64,000 nucleotides of DNA, taken from contig OY762825.2 in NCBI GenBank assembly GCA_963666425.2, forward strand, positions 2,272,001-2,336,000, written 5' to 3'. Positions within the stretch are counted from its first letter, which is position 1. Each line of letters opens with the position of its first letter. The notes under the pieces were generated by a model. The model had not been told where the DNA came from. It saw nothing but the letters and a program-made list of their open reading frames with translations, and searched no databases. Shown here piece after piece: positions 49,473 through 60,016 of the stretch. The translations under genes were made by a program, and so were the position numbers. The stretch comes from Bacillota bacterium (lineage in GTDB: Bacteria > Bacillota > JAAYKD01).

Positions 49473-50051
49473 ATGGATCTGCTGGTTGGATTAGGAAATC
49501 CCGGCATTCAGTACACGCCTACCCGCCATAACTTTGGCTTTAAAGCTATTGAGCGGGTGGCTGGTGCGTACAAAATCACATTAAACGGTCATAAGAATAG
49601 TTCGATTTATGGAGAAGGGCTGATCGCCGGGAGAAAAGTGATTTTAGTCAAACCCCTCACCTTCATGAATGACAGCGGCCGTGCGGTTGGAGCCTGGCAG
49701 CGTTTTTATCAGCTGCCCCTGGAGAATATCTTAGTCATCTACGATGATATCGATCTGCCTTGCGGACGAATCCGCATCCGGCCGCAGGGGAGTGCCGGCG
49801 GACACAATGGCATCAAGTCTCTGATCGAGCATCTGCACGGCGATGACTTTCCCCGCATTCGTCTGGGCATCGGTCCTCAAACAACGGGAGTCGATTCAGC
49901 GGATTATGTTTTAAGCAGCTTTAAGCCAACAGAATGGGATACGGTGAACAGTGTTTTGGCTGTCATGCCCGACATTGTCGAGGTTTGGCTGAGCAAAGGA
50001 ACAGAAGCTGCCATGGCGCAGTTCAACGGTTTCAATGGCAAACAAAACTGA
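49473..50051 (+). CDS. pth: Peptidyl-tRNA hydrolase
   Basis: VGLGNPG, TRHNFGF, KPLTFMNDSG, YDDID, GGHNG. Confidence 0.97.
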   Translation: MDLLVGLGNPGIQYTPTRHNFGFKAIERVAGAYKITLNGHKNSSIYGEGLIAGRKVILVKPLTFMNDSGRAVGAWQRFYQLPLENILVIYDDIDLPCGRIRIRPQGSAGGHNGIKSLIEHLHGDDFPRIRLGIGPQTTGVDSADYVLSSFKPTEWDTVNSVLAVMPDIVEVWLSKGTEAAMAQFNGFNGKQN

Positions 50052-50090
50052 TAAAACAAGAAGCGGAATTTCCTCAAAGGAGGGCTTTTA

Positions 50091-53000
50091 TTGCTGAAGG
50101 CGTTTACCCCGCTCTATCAAACTGAACAAATGACGCAACTGACCCGGGCTGTGCATGCGCAGCGTGGGCCTGTTTGTCTGTACGGATTATCGGATACCGC
50201 TCAGAAATCGCTGCATGTGGCCTTATTGGCGGCGGAGGAATTGCCTTTTCTCTTAGTCAGTTATGGTCATAACCAGGCGCAAAACCTTTTTGATGACATC
50301 AGCGGTTTGCTGCCGGACAAACGCATCGGTTTCTTTCCGGCCAATGAGAGCTTCTTTTATGATTCTGCCGCAGCCAGCCGCGATCTCAGTAATCAGCGCC
50401 TGCAGGTGCTTTTGGACTTGCTGAATCATAAGCTGGACGGTGTGGTGACCAATATCGAAGCGCTGATGCTGCCGCTGCTGCCGCCCGAGATCATGGCTTC
50501 CCGTCAGCTGAATATCCACACGGGCGATCGGCTGGACTTGAAGGGCCTGATGGAATCGTTGGTTGCGCAGGGTTATGAACGGGTGGTTACCGTTGATACT
50601 CCCGGCAGCTTTGCCCGCCGCGGCGGTATCATTGATATCTACGCTGCGATTGACGCCCTACCGGTGCGCATCGAGCTTTTTGATGATGAAATCGATTCGA
50701 TCCGCTTATTTGATCCGGTCAATCAGCGCTCCTATGAACCGATTCAGGAATATACTCTTTCGCCCGGCGCCGAATTCATCCTGACGCCCGCAGCGAAACT
50801 GCATGGCCGCAAAGCCATCGCGGCTGATTTGGCCGACAGCCTCGAACGTTTGCGCAAAAGCGAAGCACCGGAGCGGGCAGCCGAACTGCAGCAGCGGGTG
50901 GAAGAATTGCTGCAGCGGCTGGATGCCAATGAAATCGACGAGCGCTGGGGCCCGTATTTGCCTTATTTTTATGCGCAGACCGTTTATCTGACGGATTATT
51001 TTTCAGAAAAACCGCTCGTGTTTTTGGATGAACCTTCCCGTCTGCAGGAAATAGCAGATCATCGCCTGGAAGAAATCCAGGAATATTGTCTGCAGAGCTT
51101 TGCCCGCGGTGAAATGCTGCACGGCAGATTGAAGCATCTGATCAGTTTTAATGATTTGCTGCCGGAGCTCAGTTCCGACCGCAGCATCAGCATGACGATG
51201 GTGCTGCGCCGTCCGGTCTGGCTGAAACCGGTGGATGTGATCAACAATCAGATGAAATCCTTACCGATGCTGCGCGGTGTGCTGCCCAATTTGATCTCCG
51301 AATTAACCCGCTGGCGAAAATTCGACTATCATATCTTAATCCTGGCGGAAGATGAAGCAAGGGCAAAGCAGATTCAGGAGCTGCTGCGGGAGTATGAATT
51401 GGAAAGCAGCTTGTCCACGGCAGAAATGCCCCCGCAAGCGGGTCAAATTCTCGTTCAAAAGGGTTTTATCAGCGAAGGCATAGAGATGTCTTCCATTCGC
51501 TTTACCGTCCTGCCGGACAGCGTATTTTTTACGAAAATCAAAAAGCGGCGCGGCAAAGCATCTGCCGAAGGACGGAAACTGCGCACCTACCATGAACTGA
51601 ACATCGGTGATCTGGTGGTCCATGTCAATCATGGCATCGGCCGTTATCTGGGCGTGCATTCTCTGATTCTGGAAGGCTTACAGAAGGATTATCTTTATAT
51701 CCAATACGCCGGTGAAGATAAACTGTACGTGCCGGTGGATCAAATCGGTTTCGTTCAGAAATATATCGGCAACAGCGAGAACAAGACGCAGCATCTCAAT
51801 ACTCTGAACAGTTCGGAATGGAGCCGCACCACTTCCAAGGTAAAAAAAGCAGTGGAGGATATGGCTGCGGATCTGCTGCGGCTTTATGCGCGGCGGCAAT
51901 CCGGCTTGGGTTATGCTTTTTCTCAGGATACTGTCTGGCAGCAGGAAATGGAAGATGATTTTCTCTATGAGGAAACCGAGGATCAGCTGCGCTGTATCGA
52001 AGAAATTAAACAGGATATGGAACAACCCCGACCGATGGAGCGTCTGCTTTGTGGCGATGTGGGTTTCGGCAAGACGGAAGTCGCCATCCGTGCCGCCTTC
52101 AAAGCAGTGGCCGATGGCAAACAGGTTGCTATCCTGGTTCCGACGACGGTCTTAGCTCAACAGCATTTTAATACTTTTCGGGAACGGCTGGCGAATTTTC
52201 CGATTAATGTTGCTTTGATGAGCCGCTTCCGCAACAACCGCGAAAATGAAGAGACCATCCGCAGATTGAAAAACCGACAAGTCGATATCGTGATCGGAAC
52301 GCATCGGATTCTTTCCAAAGATATCGAATTTGCTGATTTGGGTTTGCTGATTATCGATGAAGAACAGCGTTTTGGCGTGGCGGATAAAGAGAAACTGAAA
52401 GCGCTGAAAACGAATGTGGATGTGCTGATGCTTTCGGCCACACCCATACCCCGCACCCTGCATATGTCTTTAATTGGGATCCGGGATATGAGTACGATTG
52501 AGACACCGCCGGAAAACCGTTTTCCGGTGCAGACTTATGTGATGGAATGGAATCCCGAGCTGGTGCGGGAAGCCATCGAGCGGGAATTGGAACGCGAGGG
52601 TCAGGTTTTTGTGGTGCATAACCGCATTGCCGCGCTGCCGGTCCTGCAGGATATGCTGGAGCAATTGCTGCCGCACGCCCGCATGGTGATCGCGCATGGG
52701 CAGATGGCGGAGGGAAAACTGGCCGAAACCATGTCTGATTTTCTCGACGGCGAATATGATGTTTTAATCTCCACCACAATTATTGAAGCGGGTCTCGATA
52801 TGCCGAATGTCAATACCTTGATTGTCTGTGATGCGGACCGCTATGGACTCTCTCAGCTGCATCAGCTGAGAGGACGCATCGGGCGTTCAAACCGGGTTGG
52901 TTATGCCTATTTTATGTACACACGCGATAAACAATTGTCGGAAGTTTCCGAAAAACGTCTGGTAGCCTTAAAAGAATTCTGTCAATTGGGTGAGGGTTAT

Positions 53001-53606
53001 AAAATCGCACTGCGCGATCTTGAACTGCGCGGTGTGGGGAATTTACTGGGAGCGGAACAGCATGGTCATGTGGCTTCGGTGGGATTTGAATACTATTCCC
53101 AATTGCTGAAAGAAGCCGTGGAGGAATTAAAGGGCAGCGTGACGAAGAAGAAGACCGAAGCATTATTGGAATTGCCTGTGGATGCCTATATTCCGTCCGC
53201 TTATATTGCCGATACGGGACATAAGGTTGATTTCTACCGCCGCATTCAGGCGGCAGACGAAGCGGAATTAGCGGAATTGGTGGATGAATTGATTGATCGC
53301 TTTGGTGATATGCCGCTGCAGCTGCGCAATTTGCTTCAAATTGCCAAACTGCGGGTTAGAGCCTCCGCCTGTGGGGTCAGTCAAATCAGCTATAAACCGG
53401 ATGACGTGATTGCGATCAAAACGGAAAATGTCAGCTATTCACTCAATGATGCCGCTTTACTGGTGATCGGAATGAATGGACGGTTGCGGTATCAACCCGG
53501 AAAACCAACACCGTTCCTTTTAGATGCCAGTAATTTGAGCACATCCGGAATGTTACAGCAAATTGAAATTTTCCTGCAGGGCTTCCAACGTATTGCTAAA
53601 AATTAA
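50091..53606 (+). CDS. mfd: Transcription-repair coupling factor
   Basis: RGGIIDI, VHVNHGIG, GDVGFGKT, DEEQRFG, SATPIPRTL, QLRGRIGR, TRCF C-terminus. Confidence 0.97.
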   Translation: MLKAFTPLYQTEQMTQLTRAVHAQRGPVCLYGLSDTAQKSLHVALLAAEELPFLLVSYGHNQAQNLFDDISGLLPDKRIGFFPANESFFYDSAAASRDLSNQRLQVLLDLLNHKLDGVVTNIEALMLPLLPPEIMASRQLNIHTGDRLDLKGLMESLVAQGYERVVTVDTPGSFARRGGIIDIYAAIDALPVRIELFDDEIDSIRLFDPVNQRSYEPIQEYTLSPGAEFILTPAAKLHGRKAIAADLADSLERLRKSEAPERAAELQQRVEELLQRLDANEIDERWGPYLPYFYAQTVYLTDYFSEKPLVFLDEPSRLQEIADHRLEEIQEYCLQSFARGEMLHGRLKHLISFNDLLPELSSDRSISMTMVLRRPVWLKPVDVINNQMKSLPMLRGVLPNLISELTRWRKFDYHILILAEDEARAKQIQELLREYELESSLSTAEMPPQAGQILVQKGFISEGIEMSSIRFTVLPDSVFFTKIKKRRGKASAEGRKLRTYHELNIGDLVVHVNHGIGRYLGVHSLILEGLQKDYLYIQYAGEDKLYVPVDQIGFVQKYIGNSENKTQHLNTLNSSEWSRTTSKVKKAVEDMAADLLRLYARRQSGLGYAFSQDTVWQQEMEDDFLYEETEDQLRCIEEIKQDMEQPRPMERLLCGDVGFGKTEVAIRAAFKAVADGKQVAILVPTTVLAQQHFNTFRERLANFPINVALMSRFRNNRENEETIRRLKNRQVDIVIGTHRILSKDIEFADLGLLIIDEEQRFGVADKEKLKALKTNVDVLMLSATPIPRTLHMSLIGIRDMSTIETPPENRFPVQTYVMEWNPELVREAIERELEREGQVFVVHNRIAALPVLQDMLEQLLPHARMVIAHGQMAEGKLAETMSDFLDGEYDVLISTTIIEAGLDMPNVNTLIVCDADRYGLSQLHQLRGRIGRSNRVGYAYFMYTRDKQLSEVSEKRLVALKEFCQLGEGYKIALRDLELRGVGNLLGAEQHGHVASVGFEYYSQLLKEAVEELKGSVTKKKTEALLELPVDAYIPSAYIADTGHKVDFYRRIQAADEAELAELVDELIDRFGDMPLQLRNLLQIAKLRVRASACGVSQISYKPDDVIAIKTENVSYSLNDAALLVIGMNGRLRYQPGKPTPFLLDASNLSTSGMLQQIEIFLQGFQRIAKN

Positions 53607-53679
53607 GCAGACTTTTATAATGACTTGTGGTATTATGCTAAAGTACAGTGAAAACGAAGATGAATGGGAGTTGTAGAAA

Positions 53680-54768
53680 TTGAGCAATCAAGCAAAAGGC
53701 AATCTCGCAAAACCGTTGGCCTCTTGGGTGAAGTGGCTGATTCTGGTCCTGATGATTAGTATTTTAGGTGGAGCAATCTGGTTTGCTCTGGATCAGAAAA
53801 ATAACCTGGTGGTCGTCAACGGTGAAAAAATTACTGTTGCAGATGCCAAAGCACTCTTGGGTCAGTACTACTTATATGACACTACGGTAAAGGTAGATAA
53901 TGTCTATTATCAGGAAAATATCGCCCCTTATGCGGCTTTGGACAAATTACTGGTACAGGAAGCGACCGCACGCGGTTTAAAAGTGACCGACGAGGAGGTC
54001 AGCACATCCGCCGCCGATACGATAAAATCCTTGGAACAGTATTTCCTCTACCAGGCAGCTACGGACGCCAAATTGGAAATGGACAGCGTCACGCTTTATG
54101 GTACTGATGCGACGGCAGCGGCAGCGGAAGCGGCGCGTTTGGCTGAATTGCTCGGTAAAACAGGCGCTCAGATTTTAGATGAGAAATTGACTGCCGGCGG
54201 CATTACCCGCAATTACTTTACCGCCAGCGCCCGCACGAATTTACTGACTACTCAGTTATATGCAGCGATTAAAGCGGAACTTGTCTATACCGATGAAGAG
54301 ATCGCGGCATTCTATCAAAAACATTTACTGGATAAATATACTAAAAAAGACTCCAGTCACATCTTAGTGGCCGATGAAGCGACTGCGAATCTGATTTATG
54401 ATAAATTAGCCGCCGGTGAGAATTTTGTAACCTTATCCGATACCTACAGTACCGATACTACAGCGAAAGCCAATGGCGGCAAGATCGGCTATTACGGTCA
54501 AACCGGTTTGGTTGCAGAATATACCAAGGCATTGTTTGCCCTAACCGAAGTCGGTGAAATCAGTAAGCCGGTCAAAACAGAATTCGGCTGGCACATCATT
54601 CGTTTGGATGGTAATCAGGTGACACCGATGTCAGAAGCCATCGCTACCATCAAGACGGATATGGTTAACAGCAAGACAAATGCAGTCTTGCGCGCTGTTG
54701 TTGAGAAAGCCAGCATCCGTCCGACCAGCGCTAAAAATGCGATGCTCGGCATGTTGGAAGATAAGTAA
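53680..54768 (+). CDS. Parvulin-type foldase (PrsA-like, N-terminal TM anchor)
   Basis: VVVNGEKIT, SHILV, YSTD..NGG, GEISKPVKTEFGWHII. Confidence 0.85.
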   Translation: MSNQAKGNLAKPLASWVKWLILVLMISILGGAIWFALDQKNNLVVVNGEKITVADAKALLGQYYLYDTTVKVDNVYYQENIAPYAALDKLLVQEATARGLKVTDEEVSTSAADTIKSLEQYFLYQAATDAKLEMDSVTLYGTDATAAAAEAARLAELLGKTGAQILDEKLTAGGITRNYFTASARTNLLTTQLYAAIKAELVYTDEEIAAFYQKHLLDKYTKKDSSHILVADEATANLIYDKLAAGENFVTLSDTYSTDTTAKANGGKIGYYGQTGLVAEYTKALFALTEVGEISKPVKTEFGWHIIRLDGNQVTPMSEAIATIKTDMVNSKTNAVLRAVVEKASIRPTSAKNAMLGMLEDK

Positions 54769-54782
54769 TTCACTGACCGATC

Positions 54783-54819
54783 AAAAGACCGCTCGGGGTA
54801 CAAGCCGGGCGGTTTTTTT
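54783..54819 (+). terminator. Intrinsic terminator
   Basis: GACCGCTCGG..CCGGGCGG-T-tract. Confidence 0.8.
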
Positions 54820-54951
54820 CATGGTATTTTTCCGCTTTGTTAGGTCAAAAAGAAGGTCACCTGATGCCAAACAGCGAAAATACTACAATTATGAGCCAGC
54901 TTCCAAGCAGGATCAAACTGAAATTGAAAAGACAGACAGGTGGATAACACG

Positions 54952-56575
54952 ATGAAATCGAATCAAAAACCTTCCTTTTTATTGAATACGATGATTCTTA
55001 CCCTTGCCGGTGGTTTTGCCAGGGTCTTGGGGGCGGTTTATCGGATTTTCCTGACCCGCATCATCGTCCAAGACAAGCGGTGATGTGGGAATAGGGCTCT
55101 ACCAGATGGCCTATAACCTGGCACTTGTTTTCATGACGGTGGGGATGACGGGGCTGCCTTTGGCAATTTCTAAAATCGTCGCCGAGAAAACCGTCGAACA
55201 AGATGAAAAAGGGACCCGCAAAGTACTATGGCTCTCCATGCTGGTTTCCGGTGCTTTGGGTTTATTGATCGCCGCTTTGTTGGGCTTGGGGGCGCCTTAT
55301 TGGATTGAATTTAATTTAAAAGAGCCGCGCGCTTTATTACCGCTGCAATGTATTGCTCCGGCTGTTTTCTTTGTTTTCTTAATGGCACCGTTCCGCGGTT
55401 ATTTTCAGGGTAAACAGAATATGATCCCCCGTGCGATGTCTGACACCGTGGAACAACTGGTGCGGGTGGTCATGATTCTCGTGCTCGCCTTATTACTGAT
55501 TGGGCGCGGTCTGGAAACCGCCGCCGCCGGTGCAGCCATGGGGGTATCCTTAGGTGCAGCCGCCGGCTTCCTCTACCTTTTATTGATGTATCTGCGCACA
55601 AACCGCCAGAAAGATCGGAGCGGGTCGGTCAGCGCCGCTGCGTTGCCGGAAGAAAAAGCCGTCACCGTATTACAGCGTTTGCTGAAATTGGCCATCCCGG
55701 TGACCTTAGGCTCTTTGATTTGGCCATTGATGCAATTTATGGATACGCTCTTGATTACCGGGCGCTTGCAGTCTTCCGGCTTCAGTGTGGAAGAAGCGAC
55801 GACGCTTTTCGGACGTTATTCTGGGCAAGCCGGGCCGTTGATCAATATGCCCAGTATTCTGACCGTAGCGGTAGCCGCTTCTCTGATTCCCTCCATCACC
55901 GAAGCGATGGTGCGCAAAGACGGCGTCACCATGCGCAGCCGCGCCAATCTCGCTTTAAAAATGAGTGTTCTCATCGCTTTGCCGGCCGCCCTGGGATTGA
56001 ATCTGCTCAGTGGTCCGGTGGCGCAGCTGCTTTACGGTTCTGCCAATGCCGGTAATATCATTGCGGTTTATTCCTGGGTGATTCTTTTCTTGCTGCTCTA
56101 TCAAACATCGGCCAGTATCCTGCAGGGAATTGACCGCATCAGTTTGCCGGTATACAGCATGCTGGTTGGCGTCGCTGTGAAATCTGTTTTGACTTTTTTA
56201 CTCTGCGGCATTCCCTCCATTAATATTTATGGAGCGGCGATTGCCACCGGGGTTGGTTTTGCCATTGCCGTGGTCATGAATCTGCTGGCGGTCTATCGAT
56301 ATACCGAAATGAGACCGGACTGGCGCGGTTTGGTGATTGCGCCGGTAATCAGTTCCGCTTTGATGGGCTTGACGGTTTATTTTGGTTATCCGCTGCTGCA
56401 CCGTATCACTGGCAGCATTCTGATCTCCACCGGCTGCAGTGTGATGCTGGGTGTGCTGTTTTATGCGGTGGTTCTTCTGCTCAGCGGCGGCTTGAACCGG
56501 GAAGAACTCAGCAGTATTCCTAAATTAGGACCAGCCGTTTTAAAGATTTTAAACCGGTTTTCCAAACAGAAATAA
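54952..56575 (+). pseudogene. YabM/SpoVB (MurJ-like MOP flippase) gene with a frameshift near codon 39
   Basis: ATG 54952 gives MKSNQKPSFLLNTMILTLAGGFARVLGAVYRIFLTRII then TGA at 55081; the family continuation GDVGIGLYQMAY...GLPLAISK...RGYFQG is in another frame to 56575. Confidence 0.75.
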
Positions 56576-56626
56576 CTAAAAAAAGTTGCTGCCGCAGTGA
56601 TGATGAGAAAGGGTTTGAGAGCACAT

Positions 56627-57406
56627 ATGAGCAAAGGCGATTTACAGCCATTGCTGCAGATCATGCAGCGTTTGCGCGGTGAAAATGGCTGTCCTTGGGA
56701 TAGAGAGCAGACGCACGATAGTTTACGCCCTTATGCCATTGAAGAAGCATACGAGGTTGCGGAAGCAGTGCAGAAGGGGAATACGCTAGCCTTGGTGGAT
56801 GAATTGGGCGATCTCTTGCTGCAGGTTGTTTATCACGCCGCCATTGGGGAAGAGGAAGCTGCTTTTACGATGGATGATATCATCCAAGCGATCTGTGAGA
56901 AAATGCAGCGGCGTCATCCGCATGTGTTCGGTAATCTGCAGGTAAAAAACAGTGCAGAGGTAATGCAGAACTGGGAAGCCATCAAGGTAGTGGAGCGAAA
57001 GTCTCAACTGCGCCACTCAGCATTGGATGGGATTCCTCCAGCCATGCCGGCTTTAATGGCAGCTGCCAAACTGCAGAGCAAGGCGGCAAAAACCGGTTTC
57101 GATTGGACAGATATCCGCGATGTTTGGCAGAAAATCGAGGAAGAAAGCGCAGAAGTAAAACAAGCAGCCGCGCAAGACAGTCAGGCAGCCATCCAAGAGG
57201 AAGTCGGTGATTTTCTCTTTGCTGCCGTAAAAATGGCGCGCTTTCTCGAGGTGGAGCCGGAAACGGCTTTACTGCAGGCGAATCTGAAATTCAGCCGGCG
57301 ATTTCAAGCCATGGAACAGTTGGCAAAAAAACAAGGCAAGGTATTCAGTTCACTCACATTAACAGAGCAGGAAGAATTGTGGCAGCAGATCAAAACTGCA
57401 GAATAG
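56627..57406 (+). CDS. mazG: Nucleoside triphosphate pyrophosphohydrolase
   Basis: GCPWDREQT, EEAYEV, ELGDLLLQ, RRHPHVF, GFDW, EEVGD. Confidence 0.95.
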   Translation: MSKGDLQPLLQIMQRLRGENGCPWDREQTHDSLRPYAIEEAYEVAEAVQKGNTLALVDELGDLLLQVVYHAAIGEEEAAFTMDDIIQAICEKMQRRHPHVFGNLQVKNSAEVMQNWEAIKVVERKSQLRHSALDGIPPAMPALMAAAKLQSKAAKTGFDWTDIRDVWQKIEEESAEVKQAAAQDSQAAIQEEVGDFLFAAVKMARFLEVEPETALLQANLKFSRRFQAMEQLAKKQGKVFSSLTLTEQEELWQQIKTAE

Positions 57407-57415
57407 GGGGAAGCA

Positions 57416-57688
57416 ATGCGGCTCGATAAATTCCTAAAAGTTTCCCGTTTGATCAAACGGCGGACCTTAGCCAAAGAAGTTGCGGAGAGCCAGCGGATTG
57501 AACTCAATGGCAGAACGGTAAAACCGGCGGCGGAGGTGAAAGTGGGAGATGTCATCACCCTGCATTTCGGCTCCCGCACCTTAACCGTGGAAGTTCTCAG
57601 CATTACGGCAGCACCGAAAAAAGAAGAAGCAGCCGAAATGTATAAGGTTTTATCAGAAACACGGCAAGAAGTTACATTTGACTGGTAA
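57416..57688 (+). CDS. yabO: S4-domain RNA-binding protein YabO/RqcP
   Basis: MRLDKFLKVSRLIKRRTLAKE. Confidence 0.92.
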   Translation: MRLDKFLKVSRLIKRRTLAKEVAESQRIELNGRTVKPAAEVKVGDVITLHFGSRTLTVEVLSITAAPKKEEAAEMYKVLSETRQEVTFDW

Positions 57689-57790
57689 CAGGAAAATAAT
57701 TTTACGTATCTATATTTGAATTTTTGCTTGCACAATGAAGAATAGCATGCTAAACTGAAACTTAATGATATTTGAGAAGGAGGAGTCTGT

Positions 57791-58162
57791 ATGAAAGATC
57801 AAAAGAATCTGGAGACAGCCGCGCCAAGCGCTAGACCATCACACAGATTCTTTACCATCACCGGTAAAAAAACAGAGCAAAAGGCACCGCGCTTTCAAAA
57901 GCTCGGTGAAAAGTTGCTGCTGGTGATTGCTTCGATTACATTGGGTTATTTCCTGATCCAGGGCATTGCTACCGAAAAAAGCGTCAAGCAGGTGGAAGCA
58001 CAATACCGGATGATTCAGGAACAAAAAGCAGCATTGCTGCAGGAGCAAACGGAACTGAAAGAAGAATTGGCTTATTTGCAAACAGACGATTATGTTGCCG
58101 AAGCGGCTCGCTCCAAACTCGGCATGCTGAGAGCGGGAGAAATCATGTTTATCATCGAATAA
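57791..58162 (+). CDS. divIC: Septum formation initiator DivIC/FtsB
   Basis: Single TM, coiled coil, YVAEAARSKLGMLRAGE; conserved position. Confidence 0.85.
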   Translation: MKDQKNLETAAPSARPSHRFFTITGKKTEQKAPRFQKLGEKLLLVIASITLGYFLIQGIATEKSVKQVEAQYRMIQEQKAALLQEQTELKEELAYLQTDDYVAEAARSKLGMLRAGEIMFIIE

Positions 58163-58179
58163 AAAAGTAGCTAAAATTG

Positions 58180-58224
58180 AAAGCAATCACCGTGCTCTGT
58201 GTGAGAGAGCGGTGATTGCTTTTT
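58180..58224. terminator. Terminator between convergent units
   Basis: AAAGCAATCACC..GGTGATTGCTTTTT. Confidence 0.85.
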
Positions 58225-58291
58225 AGCATTTATAAGCAGACAAGCGTTTTTGTGGCATTGACAAGAACAAAAACGCGAGACAATTTCATTG

Positions 58292-59086
58292 TTATACTAA
58301 AAGTGCACGATCATTGGCAAATTCCCTGCCGCTGGCGCGCGAGAAAGCCAGCAGCAGATCTTCAACAGTCAGTGCCTGCTTCTCGCGACCGTTAACATCC
58401 AAAATAATCTCTCCGTTGTTCATCATGATCAGGCGATTGCCGTTGGCGATGGCATCCTTCATATTATGCGTCACCATCAGAACGGAAAGCTGCTCCTCCC
58501 GGATGAAATGATTGCTGATGGCCATGACTTTGGCTGCGGTTTTGGGATCGAGCGCTGCCGTGTGCTCATCCAGCAGCAGTAATTTTGGCTTTTTCAGCAC
58601 AGCCATTAACAGCGTCAGGGCTTGTCTTTGTCCACCGGAGAGCAGACCGGTTTTGCTGGTCAGCCGATCCTCCAGACCCAAATCTAGTTCTTTGAGCAGT
58701 TGTTTAAAATGCTCCCTTTCCTGACGGGTAATCGCCCGGCTTAAGCCGCGCCGCTCGCCGCGCCGATTGGCCAGTGCCAAATTTTCTTCGATCCAGAGCT
58801 CCGAAGCAGTACCCATCATGGGGTCCTGAAAAACTCTGCCCAGGAACGCGGCGCGTTTGGCTTCGGAAAGCTGAGTAAAATCGATTCCATCCATTTCCAG
58901 GCTGCCCTGATCGATCAGAAAGGTGCCGGCAATGGCGTTGAGCAGCGTCGATTTGCCGGCGCCATTGCTGCCGATCACACTGACAAACTCGCCGTCCTGC
59001 AGGGTGAGAGAAAGATGCTGCAGGGCGGTCTTTTCATTGACCGTAGCCGCATGAAAGGTCTTGCTGATGTTACGGATTTTTAACAT
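58292..59086 (-). CDS. ABC ATP-binding protein (aromatic-amino-acid-type transporter)
   Basis: GSNGAGKST, RVFQDPMMGTA, LSGGQRQ, LDEHTAALDP. Confidence 0.9.
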   Translation of the reverse strand: MLKIRNISKTFHAATVNEKTALQHLSLTLQDGEFVSVIGSNGAGKSTLLNAIAGTFLIDQGSLEMDGIDFTQLSEAKRAAFLGRVFQDPMMGTASELWIEENLALANRRGERRGLSRAITRQEREHFKQLLKELDLGLEDRLTSKTGLLSGGQRQALTLLMAVLKKPKLLLLDEHTAALDPKTAAKVMAISNHFIREEQLSVLMVTHNMKDAIANGNRLIMMNNGEIILDVNGREKQALTVEDLLLAFSRASGREFANDRALLV

Positions 59087-59991
59087 GCGGGTTTACCTCC
59101 TTTACTTGGATGCAGCATTAGATACTTGTCTTTTAAAAAAGGCACAGACAGAAAACAAGCGACGATGATAGCAGAGAACAACTTCAGATCCGTGGTGGAG
59201 AGGCCGGCAAAAATCACGATGGCCAGCACGATATAGTAAGCGATGCCGCCGCAGACTGTTGCGCTAAACCCGAGCGCCAAGTTTTCGCGTTTGCCCAGAA
59301 TTGCTTTGCCGATCACAACGGCGGCTAGGCCGATCACAATGGCGCCGCGGCCCATATTGATATCGGAACAGCCCTGGTACTGCGCCAGCAAGCCGCCGGC
59401 GAAGCCAACCAAACCATTGGAAAGAGCAAGCCCGATCACCTTGGCGGTGTTTGTATTAATGCCCTGCGCCCGTGCCATCGCTTCATTGTTGCCGGTGGCG
59501 CGGATGGCGTAACCAAGTTCTGTGCCAAAAAACCAAAAAAGCAAACCGATTACAGCAAGAGCTGCTATTGTCCCGACCAGAATAGCATGCCCCACTTCGG
59601 CGCTGGTCAAAATCAGCGTGAATTGGGTTCGGCTGATGGTCACATTCGATTTACCCATGATGCGCATATTAATCGAATAGAGCGCCAATTGGCTTAAAAT
59701 TCCGGACAGGATGGCGGGAATCCCCAACGCTGTATGTAAAAGACCGGTGACAAAGCCCGCCAGCAGACCGGCCAGCAGAGCAAACAGCAGCGCCAAATAG
59801 GGGTTGACTCCTGCCGCGATACAGACGGCGCAAACCGCACCGCCTGTACAAAGACTGCCGTCCACCGTCAAATCGGCGTAATTCAAGATTTTGTAACTAA
59901 CCGCTACCCCGAGCGCCAGAATTCCCCAGATCAATCCTTGTGCGATCGCACCGGGTAAAGAATTTATCAATGATAGAAGCTGCATGATCAT
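59080..59991 (-). CDS. ABC permease
   Basis: DLTVDGS, RATGNNE, GAIVIGLAAV. Confidence 0.88.
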   Translation of the reverse strand: MIMQLLSLINSLPGAIAQGLIWGILALGVAVSYKILNYADLTVDGSLCTGGAVCAVCIAAGVNPYLALLFALLAGLLAGFVTGLLHTALGIPAILSGILSQLALYSINMRIMGKSNVTISRTQFTLILTSAEVGHAILVGTIAALAVIGLLFWFFGTELGYAIRATGNNEAMARAQGINTNTAKVIGLALSNGLVGFAGGLLAQYQGCSDINMGRGAIVIGLAAVVIGKAILGKRENLALGFSATVCGGIAYYIVLAIVIFAGLSTTDLKLFSAIIVACFLSVPFLKDKYLMLHPSKGGKPAC

Positions 59992-60016
59992 TACCTTACC
60001 TTATCCGCGGAGCTTT

